From a bacterium (GTDB lineage: Bacteria > RBG-13-61-14 > DATKZS01), in the NCBI GenBank assembly GCA_963674965.2, contig CAXXFL010000007.1, forward strand, positions 672,001 through 736,000: a stretch of 64,000 bases of DNA. The letters run 5' to 3'. The translations under genes were made by a program, and so were the position numbers. Below, one piece after another: positions 1 through 10,643 of the stretch. Position 1 is the first letter of the stretch. The number at the start of each line of letters is the position of its first letter. The notes beneath the pieces are model-generated. The model worked only from the letters and a program-made list of their open reading frames with translations. It did no database searches and was not told the DNA's origin.

Positions 1-30
1 GCCTCATTGTATCAGAGTCGGAGGAAAAGA

Positions 31-1461
31 TCAATTCTCCGGGGCCCCTTCCCGAAAATCGTCGGCCATGCCAGTTATCCAATCCCGGAAATCAAGGTCC
101 ACGTCAGCGTATTTTCTTTTCGTTACTCTTTTTACGGCCTCGCCGAAGTCCATTCCCTTTTCCATGGCCGACATTATTTCCCTGAGAGAAAAGGGGCCAT
201 ACCGGGTCTCGATGTACTGCACGGCCAGAAGGCTTTCCACGTAGGCGGCCTGGGCCCCGCGCTCTCCCAAGGCCATGAAGCTTCCCTCGAGTTTTCGAAG
301 CGGCGCCGGACGCCCGAGCTTCACGAGCCTCGCCGCCAGGGCGCCCGGGTCCTCGACCTGGCCCTCGCTTCTTTGCGCCATGCCCTCGTGGAACCAGACC
401 GGGGCCTTGCCCCTGGCTACCTCATGGACCAGGGCGTGGGTGTACTCGTGGGAGATCAGTCTCTCCAGGTCCCTCGTCTTCCGCTTAAGGCCCTTGGCCG
501 GTATCCTGATCTTGCCGTCGAAGACCGCTCCCGCCCAGGCGGGCGACCTGGTCACGTCCACGAACTTCTCGTCCGCGTAAAGGATAACCGTGACCGGGCC
601 GTCGGGGAAGAAGCCCAAATCTTTTCCCACTTCCAAATAGGCGTCCTCAAGCATGAGGCCGATTACCCGGTGATTGCCAAGCTCGCCCGAGCCTTCTCTT
701 TTAATAATAAAATGTCTCGTCCTCGACTGAAGAAAGTCGCGCTCGACCCTGGCCTCCCTCTTGGCCTTCTCCAGCATCTTTGCCGCTCCCTCCTGCTCGG
801 GCTCGAGCGACAGGCTGAGGCGAAAGTACTCGACCGCCTCGTCCAGGCGGTTGTTCTCGTAACAGATGCGGCCCATGAGGTCGAAGGCCTCGGGCCGGCT
901 TCCTCCCTCCTCGACGTAAAGATCGAGCCAGTTTTCGGCCTCGTCCTTTTTCCCCTCCTTATAGGTCGAGTAGGCCATGCCCCTCAAGGCCTCCTCGTTG
1001 TCGGGCCAGTGGAAAAGGGACTCCATGAAAAAACCCTTGGCCTTAACGTGGTCGTCCTCACTGAAACTCTCCCAGCCCCGGCGGGCCAGAAGGTGGCTCA
1101 TGTCGCGACTGAAAAGGTCGTTGTAGGGGTCTTGCTCGAGGGCGCGGCTCATGAGGGAAATGGCCTCGGCGACTTTTCCCGAGTCCGCCAGGGCCAGGGC
1201 CTCGATCCGTATCTCCGAGCCGCGGTAGGGCGAATGGCCGCCAGGGTCGCCAATGCCGCTTCCCGGCTCGTTCCAGCCGGGTTCGCCTGAGGCCAAGGAG
1301 ATGAAGGGAGCGGCGTCGGATATGAGCGCGGAATTGGCCGGGGGATTTTTTTCGCGGCCGACTTTCTCATTGTCGAAATGAAAAAAATATAGCCACGCGG
1401 CCGCCGGGGGAACGAGGACCAGGGCCAGAAGCCGCGCCGAGCGCCTGAATCCGCCCGCCAT
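31..1461 (-). CDS. TPR-repeat protein with C-terminal peptidase MA-like (gluzincin) domain
   Basis: N-terminal TM helix, TPR helices, HEYTH (HExxH) and downstream WFHEGMA. Start moved to ATG at 1461 (MAGGFRRS) with a GGAAAGGA RBS. Confidence 0.75.
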   Translation of the reverse strand: MAGGFRRSARLLALVLVPPAAAWLYFFHFDNEKVGREKNPPANSALISDAAPFISLASGEPGWNEPGSGIGDPGGHSPYRGSEIRIEALALADSGKVAEAISLMSRALEQDPYNDLFSRDMSHLLARRGWESFSEDDHVKAKGFFMESLFHWPDNEEALRGMAYSTYKEGKKDEAENWLDLYVEEGGSRPEAFDLMGRICYENNRLDEAVEYFRLSLSLEPEQEGAAKMLEKAKREARVERDFLQSRTRHFIIKREGSGELGNHRVIGLMLEDAYLEVGKDLGFFPDGPVTVILYADEKFVDVTRSPAWAGAVFDGKIRIPAKGLKRKTRDLERLISHEYTHALVHEVARGKAPVWFHEGMAQRSEGQVEDPGALAARLVKLGRPAPLRKLEGSFMALGERGAQAAYVESLLAVQYIETRYGPFSLREIMSAMEKGMDFGEAVKRVTKRKYADVDLDFRDWITGMADDFREGAPEN

Positions 1462-1475
1462 GTCCTTTCCTTTTT

Positions 1476-2498
1476 TCAGTCGCCGCCGCCCGGCGGGAAT
1501 TTCATAATCCAGGGCGCGGTGTTCGGGTTGTAATCGTAGGGCTTGCCGTTGTATTGGACCGAGGATACTCCGTCGGGGTTTCCGAGCGCGAGCCGGAGGG
1601 AGCGCGAGGCCTCGAAGGCCACGGTGGGGTTTTCCTCCGGGTTCAGGATGGCCTGTCTCGGCGGGTCTTCCCCGTCGATCGAGAAGCTCACCCAGCAGGC
1701 TTCCTCCAGGGAAAGGACCACCCGGTGCCTGATGGAAGTGGCGGGAGAGGTCTCGGGCGGAGCGGAACCCCCGCCGGTGGAGGAAGGTGGGGAGCCGCAT
1801 TTTTCGCAAAGGTCCTTGGGCGGACCAAGTTCCTCCCCAAGCCTGCTGATCCAAGGATATTTGGGCACGATGGGCTCGCGTGCCGGCGGCTCGTTCGGCT
1901 CGGGCTGGTCGGGGGAGGCGCCGGCGGCTGGAGTCGAGACCCCGTTCTCCTCCACCGGGTCGGGCGTCTCGTCGGTCGCCGGTATCGAGTCCCCGGGTTC
2001 CTCCGTCGTGCCGCCGCCGCTTATTATCTCGTCCGTCGTGGGCAGGCTCGAGCCGGAGTATAGTCCCGCCCGGTCCCTGGGTTCATCGGTTTTTTTGGAT
2101 ACGTCGTCGGGCGAGTTGGCGAGCCAGAAGGCCAGGGCGCCCACCAGCACCGCGATGATCATGAAGCCTAGGAGAAGATATCTTTGCTTGGGCGCGGGCC
2201 TTTTATGAATGACGGCGGCCTCGCCCGTCAGCTCGGGGTATCGGTTTTGCACGAACGAGTCGAAACGGAGCATCACGTCGGGCACGTTAAGTCCCACGTA
2301 ATCCGAGTAGCACCGGATAAACGCCCTTACGAAGGCGAGGGGAGGGAGGGACGCGAAATCGTCCTCCTCGATGGCCTCGAGGGCTTTGAGCTTGATGCGG
2401 GTATAGGAAGCGATTTCCTCGAGGTTTATATCTCGAGACTCCCTTTCCCGCCTGAGGTATTCCCCGAAGCTGTCGCTAATATCGACTTGTGGACCCAT
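1476..2498 (-). CDS. rodZ: RodZ-like protein (HTH_25, TM helix, DUF4115)
   Basis: FGEYLRRERESRDINLEEIASYTRI...AIEEDDF...FVRAFIRCY HTH, single TM, C-terminal CWVSFSIDG...LGNPDGV. Start uncertain (2498 or 2507). Confidence 0.8.
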   Translation of the reverse strand: MGPQVDISDSFGEYLRRERESRDINLEEIASYTRIKLKALEAIEEDDFASLPPLAFVRAFIRCYSDYVGLNVPDVMLRFDSFVQNRYPELTGEAAVIHKRPAPKQRYLLLGFMIIAVLVGALAFWLANSPDDVSKKTDEPRDRAGLYSGSSLPTTDEIISGGGTTEEPGDSIPATDETPDPVEENGVSTPAAGASPDQPEPNEPPAREPIVPKYPWISRLGEELGPPKDLCEKCGSPPSSTGGGSAPPETSPATSIRHRVVLSLEEACWVSFSIDGEDPPRQAILNPEENPTVAFEASRSLRLALGNPDGVSSVQYNGKPYDYNPNTAPWIMKFPPGGGD

Positions 2499-2532
2499 TA
2501 AACCCAATATCTTCCAGCCGACCCGCGGGGGC

Positions 2533-3354
2533 TTACCTCACCACGCCGGGGCAATTATATAGACGCATGTAATCCACCGATTGTTCCGCCTCGGGCGCTC
2601 CCTCGACGATGGCGGCCTTGGAAAACTCGTCGCAGGCCTGGGCGTAATACCCGAGCCTTCCGTACTCGACGCCCAAAAGGAAATGGGGCCTGGCGTAGTT
2701 GGCCGGGCAAAGCTGGATGGCCTTTTGATAGTCGAGAATGCCTTTTCTGTTGAGGCCCTGCTTCACGGCGATCTCTCCCCTGTTGGTATAGGCGATGCAG
2801 AAGTTGGGGTTGGCCTCGATGGCCTTGTTGGCCGCGTTCTCGGCCAGGAGCAGGTCTCCCTTTTGCAGATAGGCCCAGGCGAGGTTGCTGTAGGCCTCCC
2901 AGGGCCTAAGAAAAAGCTCGTCCTCCGCGCACGTCTCAAACTGGGCGATGGCCTCGTCCCAACGCTCCAGTTCCAGGTACATGACGCCCAGGGCCATCCT
3001 CGAGTCCGTGTGCGTCTTGTCGATCTCGAGGGCCTTTTTGAACGCGTCGATCGCCTCGTATAGCTTGTGCCGCTTATGATAAATAAGTCCCATCCAATAA
3101 TAGACCTCGGGGTCCTTGGGCTTGCACTGGGCCGCCTGGGTTATGGATTTGAGGGCCTCGATGTATTTGCCGGCGTTATAGAAGTTGATCGCCTGGCCCT
3201 TCATGGCGTCCACGTACTTGGGGTTCCTGCACTCCTCCGGTTTATTGGCGTATTTCAAAGCCTTGGGGTTGCACCCGCCGGCCACCGCCGCGACGGCCAT
3301 AATAACGGCCAACCGCGACAGGACCCACGAGAAGGTCGTCGTTTTGAGCTTCAT
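2533..3354 (-). CDS. TPR lipoprotein, Tgl/PilF/PilW-like type IV pilus secretin pilotin
   Basis: Lipobox VAGGC, several TPRs, Cys-rich, directly upstream of rodZ as in pilF-rodZ neighbourhoods. Confidence 0.7.
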   Translation of the reverse strand: MKLKTTTFSWVLSRLAVIMAVAAVAGGCNPKALKYANKPEECRNPKYVDAMKGQAINFYNAGKYIEALKSITQAAQCKPKDPEVYYWMGLIYHKRHKLYEAIDAFKKALEIDKTHTDSRMALGVMYLELERWDEAIAQFETCAEDELFLRPWEAYSNLAWAYLQKGDLLLAENAANKAIEANPNFCIAYTNRGEIAVKQGLNRKGILDYQKAIQLCPANYARPHFLLGVEYGRLGYYAQACDEFSKAAIVEGAPEAEQSVDYMRLYNCPGVVR

Positions 3355-3428
3355 CTTTCCACCTCCATCACACGGCGCTCCGCATACCCCTTCAGTGCTC
3401 TCGCAAACAATATCGTCAGGGGAGGGCC

Positions 3429-4490
3429 TTACATCATGGCGAGAAACCGCACCAGTATCTCGTAGTCCTTTTTCGATATCCCCGCGGGTATTTCGACCTC
3501 GGCGGCCGCCGGCGGTGGCGTCGCGGCCCGGGGCGGGGGAGAAACGGGAGGAGGCCGCTCGTCCACTCCGCCGAGGACCTTGGCTTCCTCGGGCGTAAGC
3601 GCTTCCTCCTCGGGAACGGCCGGCTCGGGCTCCATTACCGCCTCCATGATGGGCTCGGCCTCGATGGTCTGCTCGTCGGCCGCTTCATCCTCGAGTCCCT
3701 CGAAGGCGGCCTCCACCTCGGCCGTTTCCTCGATGGCGGGAGCGGTTTCCTCCATCTCGAGGCCCTCGAGAAGGTCGTCTCCGGCGTCGAGAGGCTCGGC
3801 CTCGGCCGCCTCCGGCTCGGCCGGTCCCTCCTCGATCATCTCGAGGGCGTCCAGGGCGTCCTCCTCTGGCGAGTCCGCGCCGAGGGTCACCTCCTCGGCC
3901 TCGATATCGTCGCCGCCCAGGGTTATCTCCTCGACCCCGTCCGACTCCTGGGGGGTAAGGTCCTCCTGATCGCCCAGAACGTCAAGGTTGATCTCCTCGG
4001 CGTCCTCGCTTTCGAGGGCTATCTCCTCGGGCTCGGATTCGTCGAGAGACTCGATGACCAACTCCTCCACGTCCGCCTCTCCCTCGGCGTCGGCCGACTT
4101 CATAAAGGAGAGGTCCGCGTGAAACATGGGGGTCTCCTCATAAATGGACGCCTTTTCCTCGGGACTCTTGTCCCGAAAGCGCATGTCGTCGATCATGAAA
4201 CCCATGCTCTCGGCGAACTGGAAGGCGCTCTGGTATATGCCGCTTACCTGCTCGCCGGGGACGGCGCCCTCGCTCCATCTATAGAGCAGCCCCGTGTTCG
4301 AGTTGGCCAGGTAAAGGTAAATGTATACTTGATAATTACCCTGGTCGTAGACGGTGGAGATAAAGGCCTGGGCCGGCTCGGGCGGCCGGTCGGGCGGCGC
4401 CACCGTGGGTCGGTTAATCGAGGTATAAATATCGATTACTTCCTCCGGCCTGGTTTCAACGTGCGTCTGATTACTTTCGAGCTCAAACAT
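3429..4490 (-). CDS. Myxobacterial-type tgl-neighbourhood protein with long acidic linker
   Basis: N-domain motifs SINRPTVA..PAQAF..YIYLY..FAESMGFMID resemble the protein encoded next to tgl in myxobacteria. GGAGGT RBS before ATG 4490. Confidence 0.55.
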   Translation of the reverse strand: MFELESNQTHVETRPEEVIDIYTSINRPTVAPPDRPPEPAQAFISTVYDQGNYQVYIYLYLANSNTGLLYRWSEGAVPGEQVSGIYQSAFQFAESMGFMIDDMRFRDKSPEEKASIYEETPMFHADLSFMKSADAEGEADVEELVIESLDESEPEEIALESEDAEEINLDVLGDQEDLTPQESDGVEEITLGGDDIEAEEVTLGADSPEEDALDALEMIEEGPAEPEAAEAEPLDAGDDLLEGLEMEETAPAIEETAEVEAAFEGLEDEAADEQTIEAEPIMEAVMEPEPAVPEEEALTPEEAKVLGGVDERPPPVSPPPRAATPPPAAAEVEIPAGISKKDYEILVRFLAMM

Positions 4491-4704
4491 TTCTACCTCC
4501 GCTTGGCACAGGGTGGCCGTAAGACAAGCCACGCTATCTCATGCGTCCTTTTTCGATCAAGGACCCAGGTTACCCTAATGGAAATAATTAAATTTATCCG
4601 CTAACAGTTTAACACGTTTGGTTTTTTTATCCAAGCGTTTATTTAAACTCCATTATGGGACCAAAATAAAGCCCCCTTTTCGATCGCCATGGGCCGCCTA
4701 AAAT

Positions 4705-5628
4705 TCACTCCGTTATCATTATTTCCCGCAGCTCGCGCGCTCTCACGTCCACGTCGGCCCTGGTTGTTTCTCTTAACCTGTCCAGGCTGAAGCCCTCGAC
4801 CGTGAAGCTGGCCACGGCCGCGCCATGGATGAGGCTTTTCTTCATGCTGGGCAGACTCGCGTCGTCCATGGCCGCCAGGTAGCCGATCAGCGCTCCGGCG
4901 AAGGTGTCGCCCGCTCCGGTCGGATCGATAAGATTATCCACCGGGTAAGCGGGGGCAACTCCAATGCCCTCGCGGGTGACCAGGGTCGAGCCGTGCTCCC
5001 CGCGCTTGACGATCAGGGCCGTTTTCACCCCGTCGGCCAGGAGCCTTCGGGCCGCCCTTATCACGTTGAAGTCGCCCGTCAGTTGCCTGACTTCCTCGTC
5101 GTTTATTACCAGAACGTTGACGCGGGGCAGAAGTTCTACCAACTCCTCCCTGGCTATGTCGATCCAAAGGTTCATGGTGTCGCATACGATGAGCTTTGGT
5201 CCCGTGACCTGGTCGAGGACCTTTTTTTGCAGGCCCGGATGGATATTGGCCAGGAAAACGTAGTCGATCCCCTTGTAATCGTCGGGCAATACGGGGTCGA
5301 AGTCCTCGAACACGTTGAGCTGGGTGTCAAGGGTTTCCCGGCCGATCATGTCCGGCAGGTATCTTCCCGCCCAGTGGAAAGTCTTGCCTTTTTTTCTCTG
5401 CATGCCTTTAAGGTCCACGCCCCTTTTCTCGAGGAAATCGACGTGCTCGTCTTTAAAGTCCTCTCCCACCACCGCCACCACGCTGGGCCGGCAGTAATAG
5501 GACGTGGCCACCGAGGCGTAGGTGGCGGCCCCGCCCAGGGCCATCTCGACCTTGCCCGTTTCCGTCTCGACCGTGTCGTAAGCCACCGAGCCCACGATCA
5601 GGACCCGGGCGTCCTTGTTTTCTCCCAT
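4705..5628 (-). CDS. PfkB-family carbohydrate kinase
   Basis: GSVAYD, GGAA, INDEE and DPTGAGDTFAG signature. GGAGA RBS. Confidence 0.9.
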   Translation of the reverse strand: MGENKDARVLIVGSVAYDTVETETGKVEMALGGAATYASVATSYYCRPSVVAVVGEDFKDEHVDFLEKRGVDLKGMQRKKGKTFHWAGRYLPDMIGRETLDTQLNVFEDFDPVLPDDYKGIDYVFLANIHPGLQKKVLDQVTGPKLIVCDTMNLWIDIAREELVELLPRVNVLVINDEEVRQLTGDFNVIRAARRLLADGVKTALIVKRGEHGSTLVTREGIGVAPAYPVDNLIDPTGAGDTFAGALIGYLAAMDDASLPSMKKSLIHGAAVASFTVEGFSLDRLRETTRADVDVRARELREIMITE

Positions 5629-5789
5629 AAATTCGTCTCCTTCCCGGCGGCTCGAGGCCGCCCTGGCCGATCGCCCCTCGAGGAGCGCGGCTTGAGCCAT
5701 TTTCGCACGGCTTCTTGATATTGCAAAAGCCGGGTCCAGTAAAGCTCCGGGCTTGAATATCTTTTCCTCTCCTGTTCTAATAATCGGCC

Positions 5790-7046
<1,257 letters not shown>

Positions 7047-7135
7047 AAACGTTCCATTTTACGGCTGGAGCCAAGGCTTATCCTTGGCAAGGAAAAAGCC
7101 GTCCCCGGGCGGGTCGGCCGAAAAAATATCTTTTT

Positions 7136-8470
7136 TCAATACCCGATAAAAATGGGGTTGACGAAGAGCAGGCTCTCGGGCATGGTGGGGTCCTCGTAGG
7201 GGACCGAGTCGTCCACCGGGCCCACCACCTCGACGCGATAGAAGGCCGGGACCTTTTTCTCGCCGATCTCGTTGTCAATAAAGGACAGCTCGGTACCGTC
7301 CACTTCCTCGACCACCACTCCGTTCCTTATCAGCGTGGTCCTGCATCCGTCAACTGGATGGTCGAGGGAGAATCTGACGCGAGGCGCGGCGTCGAGCTTG
7401 ACTTCCATGCCCAGCATGACTTTCCTTTGGGCCTTGTCGCCGCCGGCCACGGACCACTCGCTCACGAAGGAGTCCTGGAAGGCCTCGCCCTGGAGGGCGA
7501 CCATGCGGCCCTCCCTCATGCATTTGTAGACCTCGGCCTCGGTGAACTCGTTCATATAGAAAAGAGTGGTGGCCACGGCCAGGGAACCCCCGAAATGGTA
7601 ATCGGCGTCCGCCGAGACCCAAAGGGGCCTGTCCCTCATGCCCACCAGGTACTCGGCCAGGACCGAGTCCCACTGGCCGCCCGGGCGGGGAACGACCTTC
7701 CATCCCTCGGGCAGGGCCGAGAATCCGGTCAGTCCCCTGAAGCGAGCGTTGTTGACGGGGGGAATGGCCATGTTGTGGACGGGGCCTATCCAGTCGTCGG
7801 GCGCCCAGTCAGGATGAACGCAATGCACGATGCCGCCGTTTTGGTCCAGGTAATCGACCAGTGCCTCGTAAGGCTCGTCGCCGTAATCCTTTTCCGGCTT
7901 AAGGGGCACCCGGTCGCTGGTGGGCATGTTTTCCAGAACTCGAGGGTCCTCGATGGCGTAGACGGTAAAGTGCTTTACCCCTCCGAGCAGCACGAGGTGG
8001 GGGAATTTGCCATGGTTCCGCAGGTGGGGAGGACTTATCTCGACGCCCTTCAACGCGATCATGTCCTGGGCAAGGGCCCTTTGCTGGATTTTCCTCAGGC
8101 GCTCGTAATATACGTCGTAGCCCACGCTTTCGACTCCTCCCCTGTCCCCGCACATATAATTGCCAAAGCATATTTTGCCTTCCCGGTGGTCGGTATAAGC
8201 CAGAATGGCCATGCCCTGGTCCTGGGCCAGGTCCAAAAGCTCGTCCGCGTCGCGTCGTCCGTCGCTGTAGGTCGTATGATTATGCAGGGAGGCCCGGGCG
8301 ACGATCCATCCGTCGCATGAATATTTTGGGGTCCTTTCCGGTTGTTTGGGCCTGGTCCCTATGGGCACGGGTTTTTTCTTTGCCGCCGGCAGGGTGCATC
8401 CATCCAGGACAAGGATGGTTGCAAGGCAAATTGTTAATGATAACGATATCTTTGGGAATTTCACAGTCAT
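7136..8470 (-). CDS. PHP-domain metallohydrolase, probable lipoprotein
   Basis: LHNHTTYSDG, TDH, VHP and ADADYH metal ligands. Signal peptide with LDGC. Confidence 0.75.
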   Translation of the reverse strand: MTVKFPKISLSLTICLATILVLDGCTLPAAKKKPVPIGTRPKQPERTPKYSCDGWIVARASLHNHTTYSDGRRDADELLDLAQDQGMAILAYTDHREGKICFGNYMCGDRGGVESVGYDVYYERLRKIQQRALAQDMIALKGVEISPPHLRNHGKFPHLVLLGGVKHFTVYAIEDPRVLENMPTSDRVPLKPEKDYGDEPYEALVDYLDQNGGIVHCVHPDWAPDDWIGPVHNMAIPPVNNARFRGLTGFSALPEGWKVVPRPGGQWDSVLAEYLVGMRDRPLWVSADADYHFGGSLAVATTLFYMNEFTEAEVYKCMREGRMVALQGEAFQDSFVSEWSVAGGDKAQRKVMLGMEVKLDAAPRVRFSLDHPVDGCRTTLIRNGVVVEEVDGTELSFIDNEIGEKKVPAFYRVEVVGPVDDSVPYEDPTMPESLLFVNPIFIGY

Positions 8471-8571
8471 TTTTCGACCCCGGAATTTTTTCCCATAATA
8501 CGTTTAATCCCGCTAATGGTCAAGTAAGATTTTCGTATGAATTGGCGGAGAGTAAGACGGACTTATTTGAT

Positions 8572-8859
8572 GAGCCTCTTGCGAAAGTCCCGCTTTAGGA
8601 GTGCGGCGGCTCGACGCCGCTTTTCTTCCGAGCGGCTTGACGCGAGGCAAGCAGGTGTATTAATAGGCCTTGTCAAGCCAAGGCCATCGAAAGCGGTCTC
8701 AAGCGACCGCACTCCTATGTCCCTATTTGTCAAGTGACCTCGAATTATTATATCGGTCCTGGGCAATCTCCTATTCGAACGCGTGGTGGTACACGGTTCA
8801 TTTTATCTTTTCGCTTCCGGACGGATCACACTCCAAAGCGGGACTTTTGCACGAGGCTC
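8572..8859. mobile_element. MITE-like non-autonomous element with ~31-bp imperfect terminal inverted repeats, containing a REP doublet
   Basis: GAGCCTCTTGCGAAAGTCCCGCTTTAGGAGTG (8572-8603) versus the reverse complement of 8829-8859, GAGCCTCGTGCAAAAGTCCCGCTTT-GGAGTG (2 mismatches, 1 indel). No credible ORF and no target-site duplication seen. Confidence 0.55.
8596..8717. repeat. Inverted REP-like doublet (GGAGTGCGG family)
   Basis: TAGGAGTGCGGCGGCTCGACGCCGCTTT (8596-8623) and inverted TAGGAGTGCGGTCGCTTGAGACCGCTTT (8717-8690). Each has an internal hairpin with compensatory changes. Confidence 0.75.
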
Positions 8860-8930
8860 GGATAGTTATGAAAACGCGCCGTCCAAATGGAGTGGCTTAT
8901 AAAATTTTGCGCGCTTGTTTTTGAATTTGA

Positions 8931-8983
8931 CAATACTCAGCCCGCGGCTCCGCCTTCCATGCATTTAATAAAGTTCATGGGCC
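8931..8983. repeat. Degenerate copy of the GGGTGGC REP-like repeat
   Basis: First 36 nt match the reverse complement of the arm ending at 22242 at 33/36 positions. Confidence 0.65.
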
Positions 8984-9165
8984 GGCTAATCTCGTACATT
9001 TTCTATTATCCATCAGGGTCCTCGCCCATTGCCGAGGAAGTTTCTCCGTAGGCTTAATTGAATTTCGCGGAGCAGGTTGTATTATTGATGTACGGAAGGC
9101 CATTCGCGGCGAAGAACGCGGCGCGGGTGAGGCTTCATTAATAACGATCGCGAGGCGGAGAATAA

Positions 9166-10293
9166 ATGAAATCCTGTAAATCATCGGGAGCGGGGGGACG
9201 GAGAAGGGACTTTCTGAGGAGCGCCGGCTCGGCGGCCGCTCTGGCGGCTTTGTCTCAGGGATGTCTTCTCAAGCAGCGGGAGGCGGGGAAGCCGCTTCAT
9301 ATGAAGAAGCGGATGAAGTCCTCTGGCGGCGGTCCTGATCCTCTTCCTCCCACTGGCGTGTTTCCGGATATTGACCCGGCCTCGGTGGGCCTGGTAGGAA
9401 TCGGGGACTCGGTGCATGAGGCGGTACGAGAGGCGGTGATGGCCGCCGGCGGCCTGGATGAGATCGAGCCTGGCCAGCGCGTTTTGATCAAGCCCAACAT
9501 TTGCGGTCCGGCCATCCGCGGCAGGTACCCTGGCCGTATCACGACCAGCCCGGAGGTGGTCCGGTCGGTGATCCGTCTTTGCAAGGAGCGGGGGGCCGAG
9601 GTGATCGTGTCGGAGCGGTCCATGATCGGGACGGAGCTGGCCTTCAAGACCTCGGGCATCGCCCGGGTGTGCCATGAGGAAAAAGTCCGCGCCTTCCCCT
9701 GGACGCGGGCCGAGTACGTCCTTTTCAAGCCGGGCAGGCGCCACTGGAGCCAGGGGTTCCGCTATCCCAGGATACTCGACGAGGTCGATCACTTTATCAA
9801 CGTCCCTCTCCTTAAAAACCATGGAGTGGGAGGGGCCGACTTCACCTGTTGCCTCAAGTCCTTCGTGGGCGTGGCCATGCCCCTGGACAGGCACCAGGAG
9901 GGACCCGACGCCCTCCATACCAACAACATCGGCGAGAAGGTGGCCGAACTGAACCTTTGCGCCAAACCCCTCATCAACATTGTGGACGCGACCGAGATCA
10001 TGGTGGCGGGGGGACCGGACGGCCTAAAAAAGAAAGCCTCCATCTGGGTGAAACCGAAAATGATTATGGCCAGTAGAGACCGGGTGGCCTGCGACTCCGT
10101 CGCTTTTGCCACGCTCAGGCTCTACGGGGCCGAAGCCGGCGTGAAGCTTCCCTACATAAGTAAAAGGCCGGGAGAACAAGTGCAGATTTACTATTCCGCC
10201 GAGTTGGGCCTCGGCCAGGCCGATCCGAGCAAAATCGAGATAGTGGACAAGGGCGTGTCCCATTTTGACGAAATAAAGTCTAACTGGCTGTAA
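9166..10293 (+). CDS. DUF362-domain protein with Tat signal, probable lipoprotein
   Basis: RRRDFL twin-arginine motif, LSQGC lipobox, VLIKPN, INVPLLKNH, SRDRVACD. Confidence 0.8.
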   Translation: MKSCKSSGAGGRRRDFLRSAGSAAALAALSQGCLLKQREAGKPLHMKKRMKSSGGGPDPLPPTGVFPDIDPASVGLVGIGDSVHEAVREAVMAAGGLDEIEPGQRVLIKPNICGPAIRGRYPGRITTSPEVVRSVIRLCKERGAEVIVSERSMIGTELAFKTSGIARVCHEEKVRAFPWTRAEYVLFKPGRRHWSQGFRYPRILDEVDHFINVPLLKNHGVGGADFTCCLKSFVGVAMPLDRHQEGPDALHTNNIGEKVAELNLCAKPLINIVDATEIMVAGGPDGLKKKASIWVKPKMIMASRDRVACDSVAFATLRLYGAEAGVKLPYISKRPGEQVQIYYSAELGLGQADPSKIEIVDKGVSHFDEIKSNWL

Positions 10294-10643
10294 TCTATAA
10301 TCATAACGCTAGGACCCCGCTACTTTCGGCGCCCGGACGGATAAAGCCGTCCGGGATGACCGATGAAAAAATGAGGTGAAATTAAAAAAATGTCGCCTCA
10401 GATTTTAACCATCTCTCGTCCATTGATATTAAATCTTTGCAAATAGTGGCCCTCCATCTTGCATTATCCATAATGGTTTTGATAGTATCGGGGCCAGAGT
10501 GTTTTTGATCGCTTATCTTCAGGGGGATTATAAGCGGCGGAAAGTAATTTGAAGGGACCTTTCGGTCCCGGGCAGTGAAACGGGTTTTTCAACGCGGGGA
10601 TTTTCAAGATTCAATCAAAAGCCGATTAAGGAGGGCATTTGCG

